A stretch of 64,000 bases of DNA from NCBI GenBank assembly GCA_965287045.1, contig OZ336887.1:46376001-46440000 (forward strand). The letters are read 5' to 3'. The notes under the pieces were generated by a model. The model was not told where the DNA came from. It saw only the letters and a list, made by a program, of their open reading frames with translations, and ran no database searches. Below, one piece after another: positions 1-10,877 of the stretch; the stretch's first letter is position 1, and every line of letters begins with the position of its first letter. The stretch is from Carcharhinus amblyrhynchos. Taxonomy: Eukaryota. Both the position numbers and the translations under genes were made by a program.

Positions 1-80
1 TTTGTGTTGTCTGTAAACTTACTAATCAATCCAGTTACATTTTCCTCCAAATCATTTATATATATTACAAACAGCAAATG
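1..80 (-). mobile_element. CR1 LINE RT fragment (cut by window edge)
   Basis: Reverse complement reads ttgctgtttgtaatatatataaatgatttggaggaaaatgtaactggattgattagtaag (LLFVIYINDLEENVTGLISK), the same sequence as 6342-6400 in another CR1 copy. Confidence 0.85.
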
Positions 81-186
81 TATGGTATCCTTTGTCTGTA
101 GAGCGCGCAAGAAACAATATTGTTCACTGTGTCTTAATACATGTAACAATAACATATCTAATCAAATTAAATCAAATCAAAACAAA
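81..186 (+). mobile_element. Rex1/Babar-like LINE 3' tail fragment
   Basis: gcgcgcaagaaacaatattgttcactgt...atcaaattaaatcaaatcaaa resembles the reverse complement of the 3' end of the Rex1-like copy at 44457-44540, which ends in (ATCAA)n. Confidence 0.65.
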
Positions 187-189
187 ACC

Positions 190-482
190 ACTAGGGGTTA
201 CTAGGGGGCACAGGTTTAACATGCAAGGGGCAAGGTTCAAAGGAGATGTATGAGGCAGATTTTTTACACAGATGTTGATGGGTGCCTGGAACTCATCGCC
301 GGGAGAGGTTGTGGAAGCGGATACATGGTGACTTTTAAGGGGCACCTTGACAAATACATGAATAGGATGGGAATCGAAGGATATGGGTATGGGGCTTTAA
401 TTCAGTCGGGCAGCATGATCGGTACAAGCTTGGAGGGCCGAAGGACCTGTTCCTGTGCTGTAATTTTCTTTGTTCTTTGTTC
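190..482 (+). mobile_element. CR1 LINE 3' end
   Basis: TRGHRF-type C-terminal segment, 3' UTR and ctgtgctgtaattttctttgttctttgttc tail; same subfamily as 7010-7316. Confidence 0.9.
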
Positions 483-903
483 ACCCAGGACAAAGCAGCC
501 CGCTTGATTGGCTTCCCTTCCACAAACATTCATCCCATCACAACTGACAAACAGTGCTAGCAGTGTGTCCCATCTACAAGATGCACTACAGGAATTCAAG
601 AAGCTTCCTTAAGCAGCATCTTCCAAATCCTTGATCACTACCATCTAGAAAGACAATGGCAGCAAAGACATATGGGAACACTGCCACTTAGAAGTTTCCT
701 TCCAAGTCATTCATCATCCCGACTTGGAAATGTTGTTGGATCAAGTCCTGAAAGTGCCGCCAAAACAGTACTGTGGGTGTACCCACACCTCAGGGACTGC
801 GGCAGTTCAAGGAGGCAGCTCACCACCACCATCCCAAGGGCAATTAGGGATGGGCTTTGTTGCCTAGCCAGCGATGCTCACATCCCGTAAATGAATTTTT
901 AAG
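483..903 (+). mobile_element. 3' end of a second CR1/L2-group LINE family
   Basis: Collinear with 36350-36770 (caggacaaagcagcc...atctacaagatgcact...ggactgcggcagttcaagg). Confidence 0.8.
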
Positions 904-1374
904 ATGTTGTTTAGTGAGTGAGGGAAGAGCTGCAGCAGCTACGTTTGGGTTTATGTATAAGAAATGGAGAAAAACATGATAAGAAGTTGAAGATGGAGAA
1001 AGAAACACATCAATATCATCTGAAAAGTTGCTTTGTGGTTTCAGCTCAATCAGCCAGGCTGGGGAGTCTCTTGTCCCAGCCCAGTTGGTGAGTGGAAGTT
1101 TTCAATACCTTCTCAGTAATACTTTTGTAATCTGGAGAATTTCAAATAGAAGTGAATTGAGTAGAATTTGCTAGAAGGATACTGTGTTACCACATTCCCT
1201 TTTTAATGTGCTATTCAGTCTCAAAGGGGGTAGAAATACAAATAGGAGACAATTCAAGCTCTTTTAGGTATCAACTTTCTCAATTCTGATGATTCAATAT
1301 TTTATTGTTAATAGCAAGTTAGTACTTTGAGTACACAATCTGTCTTAATAACCTGTGCTTATATTGTCAGCCTT

Positions 1375-1537
1375 GTCTCGATAGTTAGCTCTCTTGCCTT
1401 GGAATTAAACTTCAGCACAAAATCCAGGCTGACATTCCACTGCAGTACTGAGGGAGTGCTGTACTGCTGCCACATCTTTTGGATGAGATATTAAACTGAG
1501 GCCCCATATGACCTTTAAGGACGATGTAAAAGATCAC
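1375..1537 (+). mobile_element. Deu-domain SINE (SacSINE1-like), 5' part
   Basis: gcagtactgagggagtgctg...ttttggatgagatattaaactgaggcccc...gatgtaaaagatc matches the recalled Deu-SINE core. It continues at 2128-2147 and 3381-3582. Confidence 0.75.
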
Positions 1538-1814
1538 TTTTTTTTGTTTATATCCAATTCAGTCCAATCAAAGTCCAATTCAAAGTCTCAGCAAGTCAGA
1601 CATTTCAGATCCAAACTGACAAGACAGACTCACCACTCCCTGTCTTGGGTTTGATCTATGTGATCCAAACTGATTGAAGCAGGCATTGCATCTCCTTCAA
1701 GACTTGATCTCATTCGCATCTTAGCCAAAAGGCTGAGATGCCGCTTTAAAAAATTGCTTCAGATGAAGCCTCAGTGTAACCTCATGACTTCAACCAAGTG
1801 CAGGACAACAAAAG

Positions 1815-1847
1815 TATACTTGATCTTAGCCAAAAGGCCTAAGAGAT
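1815..1847 (-). ncRNA. U2 snRNA 5' fragment (~nt 1-34), degenerate
   Basis: Reverse complement atctcttaggccttttggctaagatcaagtata versus U2 atcgcttctcggccttttggctaagatcaagtgta; nt 11-32 are exact. Confidence 0.85.
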
Positions 1848-2098
1848 CTCATGGTTTATATATCCAATTCAATCCAATCAAAGTCCAATTCAGAGTCTCA
1901 CCAAGTTAGACATTCCCAATCCAGGCTGATAAGACAGGGTTGTCTTGGGCTTGATCTACCTGATCCAAGCTGATTAGAGTAGGTATTGCACTTTTTCCAA
2001 GGTTTGATCTCATTTGCATCTTAGCCAAAAGCCAAGATGCCTCTTTCAAAAATTGCTTCAAATGAAGTCGCAATGTAACCTTAGTGTAGTATTGTAGT

Positions 2099-2127
2099 GA
2101 TACTACACTTGATCTTAGCCAAAAGGC
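2099..2127 (-). ncRNA. U2 snRNA 5' fragment (nt 12-40), not a full gene
   Basis: Reverse complement gccttttggctaagatcaagtgtagtatc is a 29/29 match to vertebrate U2 nt 12-40, including the GUAGUA branch-point recognition sequence. Confidence 0.92.
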
Positions 2128-2154
2128 AGTGCTATTTGAAGAAGTGCATGTGTA

Positions 2155-3373
2155 ATGTCGTACCTTATGAGCCTGGTTGAGTTCTTTGAAAATGTAACTA
2201 AACACACTGATGAAGGAAGAGCGGTGGATGTGGTTCATATGGACTTCAGCAAGGTGTTCAATAAGGTCCCCAATGCAAGACTTCTTGAAAAAGTGGGAGG
2301 GCATGGGATCCAAGGGGCTGTTGCCTTGTGGATCCAGAACTGGCTTGCCTGCAAAAGGCAGAGAGTGGTTCTGGATGGGTATTTTTCTGCATGGAGGTCG
2401 GTCACCAACGGAGTGCCCCAGGGATCTGTTCTGGGACCCTTGCTGTTTGTAATTTTCATAAATGATCTGGATGAGGAAGTGGAGGGATGGGTTGGTAAGT
2501 TTGCTGATGACACGAAGGTTGGTGGTGTTGTGGATAGTCCGGAGGGATGTCAGAAGTTGCAGCGCGACATCGATAGATTGCAAGACTGGGTGAAGAAGTG
2601 GCAGATGGACTTCAACCTGGATTAATGTGTAGTGGTCCATTTTGGCAGGTCCATTAGGATGAAGGAGTATAATATCAAGGGTAAGACTCTTAGTAGTGTA
2701 GAAAATCAGAAGGACCAAGGTTCATAGGACTCTTAAATCGGCCTCGCAGGTGGAAGATGTGGTCAAGAAGGCGTATGGTGTGCTAGCCTTCATCAATCAA
2801 GGGATTGAGTTCAGGAGTCGGGAGATAATGCTGCAGCTTTATAAGACCCTAGTCAGACCCCACTTGGAGTATTGTGCGCAGTTCTGGTCGCCTCATGACA
2901 ACAAAGATGTGGAAGCTATTGAAAGGGTGCAGAGGAGATTAACAAGGTTGTTGCCTGGATTGGGTGGCCTTATGAGGATAGGTTGAGGGAGCTCGGTCTT
3001 TTCTCCCTGGAGAGATGGAGGATGAGAGGTGACCTGATAGAGATTTATAATATGTTGATTCTCAGTCGGGTGGATTCTCAGGGGCTATTTCCCAGGGCTG
3101 AAATGGTTGCTACGAGAGGACACAGGTTTAAGGTACTGGGGAGTAGGTACAGAGGAGATGTCAGGGGTAAGTTTTTCACTCAGGGGGTGGTGGGTGAGTG
3201 GAATCGGCTGCCGTCGGTGGTGGTGGAGGCGAACTCGATAGGATCTTTTAAGAGACTTCTGGATTAGTACGTGGGATTTAATGGGATTGAGGGTTATAGG
3301 TAGGCCTAGTAGGTATGATCAGCGCAACTTGTGGGCCGAAAGGCCTGTTTGTGCTGTAGTTTTTCTATGTTCT
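2155..3373 (+). mobile_element. 5'-truncated CR1 LINE (RT to 3' end)
   Basis: ORF 2155-2625 contains [23 protein letters not shown] and KFADDTK; C-terminal RPHLEYCAQFWSPH; (ttctatg) tail; candidate TSD atgtgta at 2148-2154 and 3374-3380. Confidence 0.95.
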
Positions 3374-3380
3374 ATGTGTA

Positions 3381-3582
3381 TTCTCCCCAGTGTCCAAGCC
3401 AATATTTATCTTTCAACCGATATCATTCAAACACGCTATCCGTCATTATCACATTGCTATATGTGGGACTTCACTGTGTGCATATTGGCCACTGCATTTC
3501 CAATGCTACACTTCAAAAGTGTAAATTCCTTTAAGGTGCTTTGAAGTTGTAAAAGGCAGCATATAAATGCAAGACTTTATTT
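3381..3582 (+). mobile_element. Deu-domain SINE (SacSINE1-like), 3' part
   Basis: ttctccccagtgtccaagccaatatttatc...cattatcacattgct...ctacacttcaaaag...atataaatgcaagacttt continues the SINE begun at 1375. Confidence 0.75.
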
Positions 3583-4654
3583 TTGGATAGCACTATGCAA
3601 TTGGCTTCAACAGGACTTCCCAATGGCAAGTTTTTTTTTTGTTTCTATTGTAGCTGACAATCCCAAGCCTGCTATAATATACACACTCTATGTAATGTTC
3701 CTGGATCATGCAGTGAGATAAATACTAATAGCACAGCACTAGTAATCATATGATTCAGTTATGGAAGTCTGCAGTCACAGCTGCCAACAAGGCAAAAGAA
3801 AATCATCTACGACCAAAAGATTAAATAGCTGAGGCTGCAGCATGACTCCAAATGATTGACTTTCAATTTACCACTAGGGTGTTGGTGTTGGCAACTGAGT
3901 ATTTACCATAGAAACCACCCATTTTGGAAATTAAAAGTCAACCAGTTGCTATATGGACCGAAATATGACAAGTCAATTTGGCAGTAGGTTTACTGTCACA
4001 TTCTCAGAGACAAAAGTCTCTGCATGACCCTGTAAGATCAGTAAGGGAAAGGAACATGCTTTCATAGTAGACTAAACAAAAATTGCTAATAGTTGTTTAG
4101 ATCCTAGTGGAATTGGTTATAAACTATAATAATCCCTTAGATTGAGCATTCATTCTCCTGTTTCACACATTGCCAAATATGATATGTTTTATTCCATTAA
4201 TTAGTAAGTGGCAATCAATTTTAGTGGCAATCAATCATTAAAGTCCTTGATTGCTCAACACTTTGCGGTAGTAGCCAAGATTTGTGTCATAATTAATGAA
4301 ATTGAAAATGATCTTATTATGATCTATTTAAAAGATTTACGTTTGGAGTTAAAAGTTCTAGCATCAGCATTATTTAAACAGTTTTGGATCATTATTTACC
4401 CACTCCTTCAAGACACTGTAATGCCTTCAATCTCAATGCTTTTTCATCTGTCCTTGTTTTCTTTTGCTGATTAATACATAAAAAGGTCATCTTAGCACTG
4501 AAAATAATAGGAAGTGATACTATTAACAATTCCTTCTAAAAGCTATTAATCTTGACGTAAGGGGCTATTGTAATTTCTCTGCGATCAGAAGTAATCATCA
4601 GATTCTGTATCCGTGGCTGTCAATCCTTACAGAAAGCTGTGTGATCCCTTCACA

Positions 4655-4733
4655 AAAAAACGAAAAGTGCTGGAAAACCTCAGCAGGCTTGGCAGCATCT
4701 GCAGAGGAGAATATTGAGTTAATGTTTCAGGTT
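4655..4733 (-). mobile_element. Penelope-like element terminal (pLTR) fragment
   Basis: aaaagtgctggaaaacctcagcaggcttggcagcatctgcagaggaga...gagttaatgtttcagg is similar to 23250-23320 and to the reverse complement of 26912-26950. Confidence 0.6.
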
Positions 4734-4736
4734 CAT

Positions 4737-5869
4737 GGGGGTGATTCTCCCAAAAAAATTCTAAGTGTCGAATTCACATAAAAACGCACTGAATTACATA
4801 TTTTTTCAGCAGAAGTTTCAAAATGAATCTCCCACACTCTGTGCACTGTTGAGTGCACTGGTGTAAATCAGTCCAAAAAGCTGGGGGCAGGGTATTCTCG
4901 CTGGAGAGGCTGACAGCATAGCACTGAGAGCCACTGTGCACCCCTGATCGGTCAGTGCTGAGATAGATGCACGCGCAGTGGTCACTGTTTGCTGGCTTCC
5001 CGATTGCTGGTCAGCTCAGTCACTGGCCTGTCCCGCATCCCCACATTGCCGGCTGAGGGATGCCCCAAGGCCCAATCGCTGGCCCCCAGCCATGCCCAGA
5101 CCTCCCCCCAATTGCACCCTTGATCTCCCAATGCCATCCCTCCAATTCCCCCAAGATCCCCCTTTCCTGATCCCTTCCCATGGGGAGTCCTGACCCCCAC
5201 CTGTGGCCCCGACTGCCCCCTGCAGCTTCGACCTCCCTAGCAAGCTGCCCCCCAACCCTAATTGTCAGCCCTGATTGTTGGGCTCCATCCCTGTGCCACT
5301 CAATCCAAAGTGCAGAATGGCAACGGGACCTCCCCATTCCCACCAATTGTCCTTAGAGTCCCTGCCCAAAGCAGACCTTGCCTCATTAAGCCCTACCCCC
5401 CATTGGCACTGCATGATGCCCGGTGGGCAGTGCTATGATGCCCTCAGGGCACTGGCACTTCACCCCTTGGGCAATGATGGGAGCCCAGGCTGGCACTGCC
5501 AATGTGGCATTGCCCAGGGGGCACTCCCAGCATCAGACCCTCTGGACTGCTTCAACTGCTCCCCCTTCACCCCATGCAGGTGAGGACTTATACTAAACCT
5601 CACTGGAGTGAACCACTCCTGGTCAGGGTGGGGGGAATGACACTGAAGAGGACAGTGGGCCTGGAGATTTCAGTCCTGGGCCTGATAATACTATTTAAAA
5701 TACATGCAAATTAGTATTTGCATACGTTATGCAGCTCTGCATCAACTTATGACTCAAGGCTGATGGCGCTAGAAATCTGGCTGCTGGAGATGCACGAAGG
5801 CTGTGGTGCTTAGCCGAGAGCCCGCGAAATGGCCTCTGCTGGAGTCTCCGGATGGCAGAATTGCCCCCC
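4737..5869. mobile_element. Non-autonomous PIF/Harbinger-type DNA transposon (MITE-like)
   Basis: Terminal inverted repeat GGGGGTGATTCT...AGAATTGCCCCC; 3-bp CAT on both sides (4734-4736, 5870-5872); GC-rich non-coding interior similar to 49235-50200. Confidence 0.65.
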
Positions 5870-6090
5870 CATTCCATATTCCTCCTTTTCAGAGGAATAG
5901 AAATGTGATAGATTATATACTGTATAAGAAGAGGTATAGCAGCTCAGGTTTTCTGATCTCTTTGGTCAATTACACAATGTTGTCACAAATTAAGTGGTTT
6001 CAAGGATTTGTGGATTGCGGTTTTTGAAACTTTAAAAGGCTTGGATGATTCACTCTTTTATTAGCTTGGACCAGACTTTTCTTCAAGCAC

Positions 6091-7316
6091 AGTTTTTTGA
6101 GGAAGTGATGAAGATGATTGATGAGATGTAGCAGATGTCTACATGGACTTCAGTAAGGCCTTTGACAAGGTCCCTCATAGCAGACTGGTGCAGAATATGA
6201 AGCCGATGGAATCAGAGGTGAGCTGGCAAGGTGAATACAAAACTGGCTTGGTCAAAGAAGATAGAGGGTAGGAGTGGAAGGATGCATTTCTAAACGGAGG
6301 GCTACGACATGTGGTGTTCCTCAGGGATCATGCTGGGGCCTTTGCTGTTTGTAATATATATAAATGATTTGGAGGAAAATGTAACTGGATTGATTAGTAA
6401 TTTTCCGGACGACATAAAGATTGGCGGATTTGCGCGTAGCAATGAGGACCATCAGAGAATACAGCAGGGTATAGATCAGCTGGAAACTTGGGCAGAGAGA
6501 TGGCAGATGGAGTTTAATCCAGACAAATGTGAGGTAATGCATTTTGGAAGGTTTAATTCAGATAGGAAATATACAGTAAATGGCAGAACCCTTAGGAGTA
6601 ATGATAGGCAAAGGGATCTGGGTGTACAGGTACACAGGTCACTGAAAGTGACAAAGCAGGTGGAGGTAGTCAAGAAGGCATACGGCATGCTTGCCTTCAT
6701 CGGCTGAGTTTAAAAATTGGCAAGTCGTGCTGCCACTTTATAGGACCTTAGTTAGACCGCACTTGGAATATAGTGTTCAATTCTGGTCTTCACACTACCA
6801 GAAGGATGTGGAGGCTTTGGACAGGGTACAGAAAAGATTTATCAGGATGTTGCGTGGTATGGAGGGCATTAGCTATGAGGAGAAGTTGGAGAAACTTGGT
6901 TTGTTCTCTCTGGAGCGAAGGAGTTTGGGGGTGGACCTGATAGAAGTCTACTAGATTATGAGAGGCATGGACAGAATAGATATAAGCTTTTTCCCAGGGT
7001 GGAAGAGTCAATTACTAGGAGGCATAGGTTTAAGGTGTGAGGGCAAGTTTTAAAAGAGATGTACAGGGCAGATTTTTTACACAGAGAGTGGTGGGTGCCT
7101 GGAACTCGTTGCCAAGGGGAGGTAGTGGAAGTGGATGCGGTAGTGACTTTTAAGAGGCATCTTGACAAGTACATGAATAGGATGGGAATAGAGGGACATG
7201 GTCCCCAGGAGCATAGGAGGTTTTAGTTCAGTCGGGCAGCATGGTCGGTGCAGGCTTGGAGGGCCAAAGTGCCTGTTCCTGTGCTGTAATTTTCTTTGTT
7301 CTTTGCTCTTTGTTCA
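6091..7316 (+). mobile_element. 5'-truncated CR1 LINE
   Basis: [41 protein letters not shown] and RPHLEYSVQFWS motifs with frameshifts; ttctttg tail. Confidence 0.95.
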
Positions 7317-8518
7317 CAGGAGAAAGTTATCAATGGATTACAATTTTTCAAAGATTTTTTAATGCATTCCACTAAACACAGTAGTATTCATTGCTTCTAG
7401 AAAATGTAAGTGGGTCAATGAGTATGGCAGTACCACAGCTTCATATAAGGGGATGAAGGGTGAGTGTAAGTGCAGAACTTGGCATGGGGGAGGCATGCTG
7501 GGACACAGGAGGTTGTGGAGGGAGTGCATTTGGGCCAGAATTCAATTCTGTCCACTGTTCAACAGCCATTCTTCAGTCTCATGAGGAAGGATCATTTGGC
7601 AGCACGTCAAAATAAAACCAAACCTCAAAGAACACCAATCCAAAAAAGTAATTAAAAGCACAGGGCAAATAGATCACATTCCTGGCTTCCAATCCATGTA
7701 CATATTTTGGAACACAAAGTCAGATTCCTCATTTTATTTTCCCTATATGTCAGTTCATGAGTGTATGTACAATAATGGATACAGCAGCTTAGTTGTCCTT
7801 CTTGTTTTTAAAATCTACTCAACAGGGTAATGTTATCCAGCTTTTCTTTGATTAAGTTGGCTTTTACCTGCTTGCAAAGTTTGCAGATAAACTGACATGC
7901 TAAAAGTCATTCCATCACTATTGACCCAGTGAAAGTAAACCTTTCTTGCAGAACTCAAAACTAAGGACAAAATCATCATAGGAACTACAGTAGTTCAAGG
8001 AATAATCTCACCGCTACTTTATTTTCAGAGCAACTGAAAATGAATAATAACGTACCTTTGTCTGTGCCACTCGCATAATAAAAACACAAATAAAGATTAT
8101 CATAAAGACAAGTCACTTCTGCTTTCCTGTCTTCAAACTAAATATTACTTTGTTCTCTCCAGATTGCTTCAAGTTTCACATTCTTTCGTCTTGACAAATG
8201 ATGATGAATATAGCCAATAGGTTAGACATTGTCTCACAGTTAACTAGTAGTTGTAGATAACCTTTGTTTCTCCTGTGTGTATCATCTTTAAAGTAAAAGA
8301 AAAAACCTTTACATTATTAGATTGATCTAAAATTACAAGCTGTCATGATATTCTTCATGTTATTCACTGCCATCTCATTGATCTTTCCTAGTAAATTAGC
8401 ATTTCATTTTTTGTAGAGCAGTTGGCTTAATTTTCCTTGAATAATTTTCCAATTCTTATTAAACAGATTTTCCAAGGCCCATAGGCTTTCTGAGGTCCTT
8501 CTTAACAATTCTCTGTAA

Positions 8519-9174
8519 TTGGCGCTGGCCTTCATAGCGAGGGGGATTGAATATAAAAGTAGGGAGGTCTTGATGCGGCTGTATAGGGCATTGGTGAGGC
8601 CGCAGCTGGAGTACTGTGTGCAGTTTTGGTCGCCGTACTTACGCAATGATATTTTGGCCTTGGAGGGAGTACAGAGGAGGTTTACTAGGCTGATACCGGA
8701 GTTGAGGGGGTTGAGCTATGAGGAGAGGCTGAATAAACTAGGCTTGTACTCGTTAGAGTTTAGAAGAATGAGGGGAGATCTCATTGAGACGTATAAGATG
8801 ATGAATGGGATGGATAGGATAGAGGTGGAGAGACTCTTCCCACTCAGAAAGGACAGTAGGACTAGGGGGCACAGCCTCAAGATAAAGTGGGGGTGCGGTT
8901 TAGAACGGAGTTGAGGAAGAACTTCTTCACTCAAAGGATGGTGAATCTCTGGAATTCTCTGCCCGTTGAGGTGGTGGAGGCTGCCTCGCTAAATATTTTT
9001 AAGACGCAGGTGGATGGGTTTTTGATAAGCGAGGGGATTAAGGGTTATGGGGAGAGGGTGGGAATGTGGAACTGAGCCACGACAGATCAGCCATGATCTT
9101 ATTGAATGACGGGGCAGGCTCGAAGGGCTAGATGGCCTACTCCTGCTCCTATTTCTTATGTTCTTATGTTCTTA
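8519..9174 (+). mobile_element. 5'-truncated CR1 LINE, young subfamily
   Basis: LAFIARGIEYKSREV...RPQLEYCVQFWSP; (ttcttatg) tail; nearly identical to 24441-25367 and 63177-64000. Confidence 0.95.
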
Positions 9175-9361
9175 CGTAAAGCAGAAATTGTTCTTCTGCA
9201 ACTCAAGGACATTTCAATTTATTCCATTATTTTCATTCTGTGCAATATTCTCTGTGCCTCTGCCTCTATTGCCCATTCATTATCTTCCTACACGTCTGAC
9301 TCTATTTTCCAAACTGTGGGACAGATTCTATGCTATTCTCCATTCTCCTAACATGACAACA

Positions 9362-9457
9362 TGAAGATAAGAAGCTGTACAGCCCCTCGAGCTTGCACTA
9401 TCATTCAACAGGATAACCATCTGATCTTAGCTTCAAATCCATTTTCCTGACTTCTCT
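9362..9457 (-). mobile_element. Old CR1 3' UTR fragment
   Basis: cagcccctcgagcttgcactatcattcaacaggataaccatctgatc resembles the reversed 3' UTR at 24480-24530. Confidence 0.55.
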
Positions 9458-9761
9458 ATGCAGGTGTCGGATCAATTATGCGGCATCCAAAAACCAGAAG
9501 GACCTGAAAATCAGCTGCGCTTCACGGCAGTAGTGCCATGCGTAGCAGTTTGAAAATGTTGAGTAGATTACTTCATTGAGTTTATTTTGTGGCATCACAC
9601 AGTTCAACCATTTTTCAAACAAGTGTATTTTGGTAATTCAAGTATTTGCTGTGTTATCATGTCAAAGAGGCCACTAGGAAGTCCTATGGCTGTCGGGAGC
9701 ACAAGGGGAAGCTTTTGTCACTGTTCATTAAACAGAAGTTGGAGTTACTAATGTGCCTAGA

Positions 9762-10498
9762 GCTAATGCATTTTGGAAGGCCTAATAAAGATGGGAAATA
9801 TACAGTAAATGGCTGAACTTCTAAGAGTATTGATAGGGAGACGGATCTGTTTGTACAAGTACACGGATCACTGAAAGTGGCAAAGTAGGTGGAGAAGGCT
9901 GCCAAGAAAGCATACATCATGCTTGCCTTCATCAGGCAGGGCACTGAATTTAAAAATTGGCAAGTCATGTTGTAGCTTGATAGAACCTTAGTGAAGCCAC
10001 ACTTGGCATATAGTGTTCAATTCTGGACGCCACCCTACCAGAAGGATGAGGAGACTTTAGAGAAGGTACAGAAAAGATTTACCAGAATGTTGCCACATAT
10101 AGAGGGCATTAGCTATGAGGAGAGGTTGAAGAAACTTGGTTTGTTCTCACTGAAACGACGAAGGTTGAGGGGCAACTTGACAGAAGTCTACAAGATTATG
10201 AGGGGCATGCACAGAGTGGATAGTCAGAAGCTTTTTCCCAGGGTGGAAGAGTCAATTACTGGGGATGTATGAGACAAGTTTTTTACACAGAGGATGTTGG
10301 GTGCCTGGAACTCACAGCCGGGGAAGCAGATACAGTAGTGACTTTTAAGCAGCGTCTTGACAAATACATGATTAGGACGGGAATAGAGGGATATGGTCCC
10401 TGAAAGGGTAACAGATTTTCGTTCAGTCAGGCGGCATGATCGGTGCAGGCTTGGCAAGCCAAAGGGACTATTCCTGTGCTGTAATTTTCTTTGTTCTT
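9762..10498 (+). mobile_element. 5'-truncated CR1 LINE with internal deletion
   Basis: MHFGR...KPHLAYSVQFWTP...RVEESIT; jumps ~35 nt at 10260; ttctttgttcttt tail. Confidence 0.9.
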
Positions 10499-10877
10499 TA
10501 GAGAGTGATGCCTCAATAAAAAGATAAAGTGAAGAGTATGATGTTGGTACATTGATCATTTATGATTTGAAGAAACAAAAAGAGAAGTTACCTGATTATT
10601 GTGCTGATAGTGACATGCTCAAATTAACAGACAATAAGAAAACACTCCATTGTTCAAAGAATGTCCATGTGGACAAAGTGTTCCTAGACTGCATTATACA
10701 GTGTCAAAGTGAGAAATATCCATGGGTTTGCTTCATTATTATAGCCCAAGGAAAAGTGTTCCATGAAGTGCTTGTCTAACAAGCTGCTCAGGATGGGATA
10801 AAGAGTTTGAAAAACACCACGCCGCACGTCTGCTGAAAGTATGCAGTGAAACAGCTTCAGCTGATTGTGAAACTGCT

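Larger units (their letters stand above)
1538..2127 (-). mobile_element. Tandem dimer of a U2-snRNA-headed, A-tailed short retroelement (SINEU-like)
   Basis: Two homologous units (1538-1847 and ~1853-2127). Each begins, on the minus strand, with U2 5' sequence and ends ...ttgaattggactttgattgga(c/t)tgaattggatataaac; the T-run at 1538-1545 is the A tail. Confidence 0.7.

Noticed and set aside
2099-2127. Functional U2 snRNA gene
   Set aside because: Only nt 12-40 are present; there is no Sm site or 3' stem-loops, and the upstream sequence is a SINE/CR1, not a PSE promoter.
1700-2127. CRISPR-like array (four atcttagccaaaag repeats)
   Set aside because: Vertebrate context, spacing of ~100-190 bp, spacers homologous to one another, and no cas genes.
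1906-2718. 270-aa minus-strand ORF spanning CR1 and the U2 unit
   Set aside because: It is the antisense shadow of CR1 RT (the same shadow ORFs recur at 30887-31144 and 32658-33062) running by chance into the U2 fragment; there is no independent coding evidence.
4978-5714. Pro/Gly-rich ORFs (also 49548-50041)
   Set aside because: By-products of the C-rich, stop-poor interior of non-autonomous DNA transposons.
9460-9560. Possible Tigger/pogo terminal fragment
   Set aside because: Only one weak end-like motif, with no matching inverted end found.
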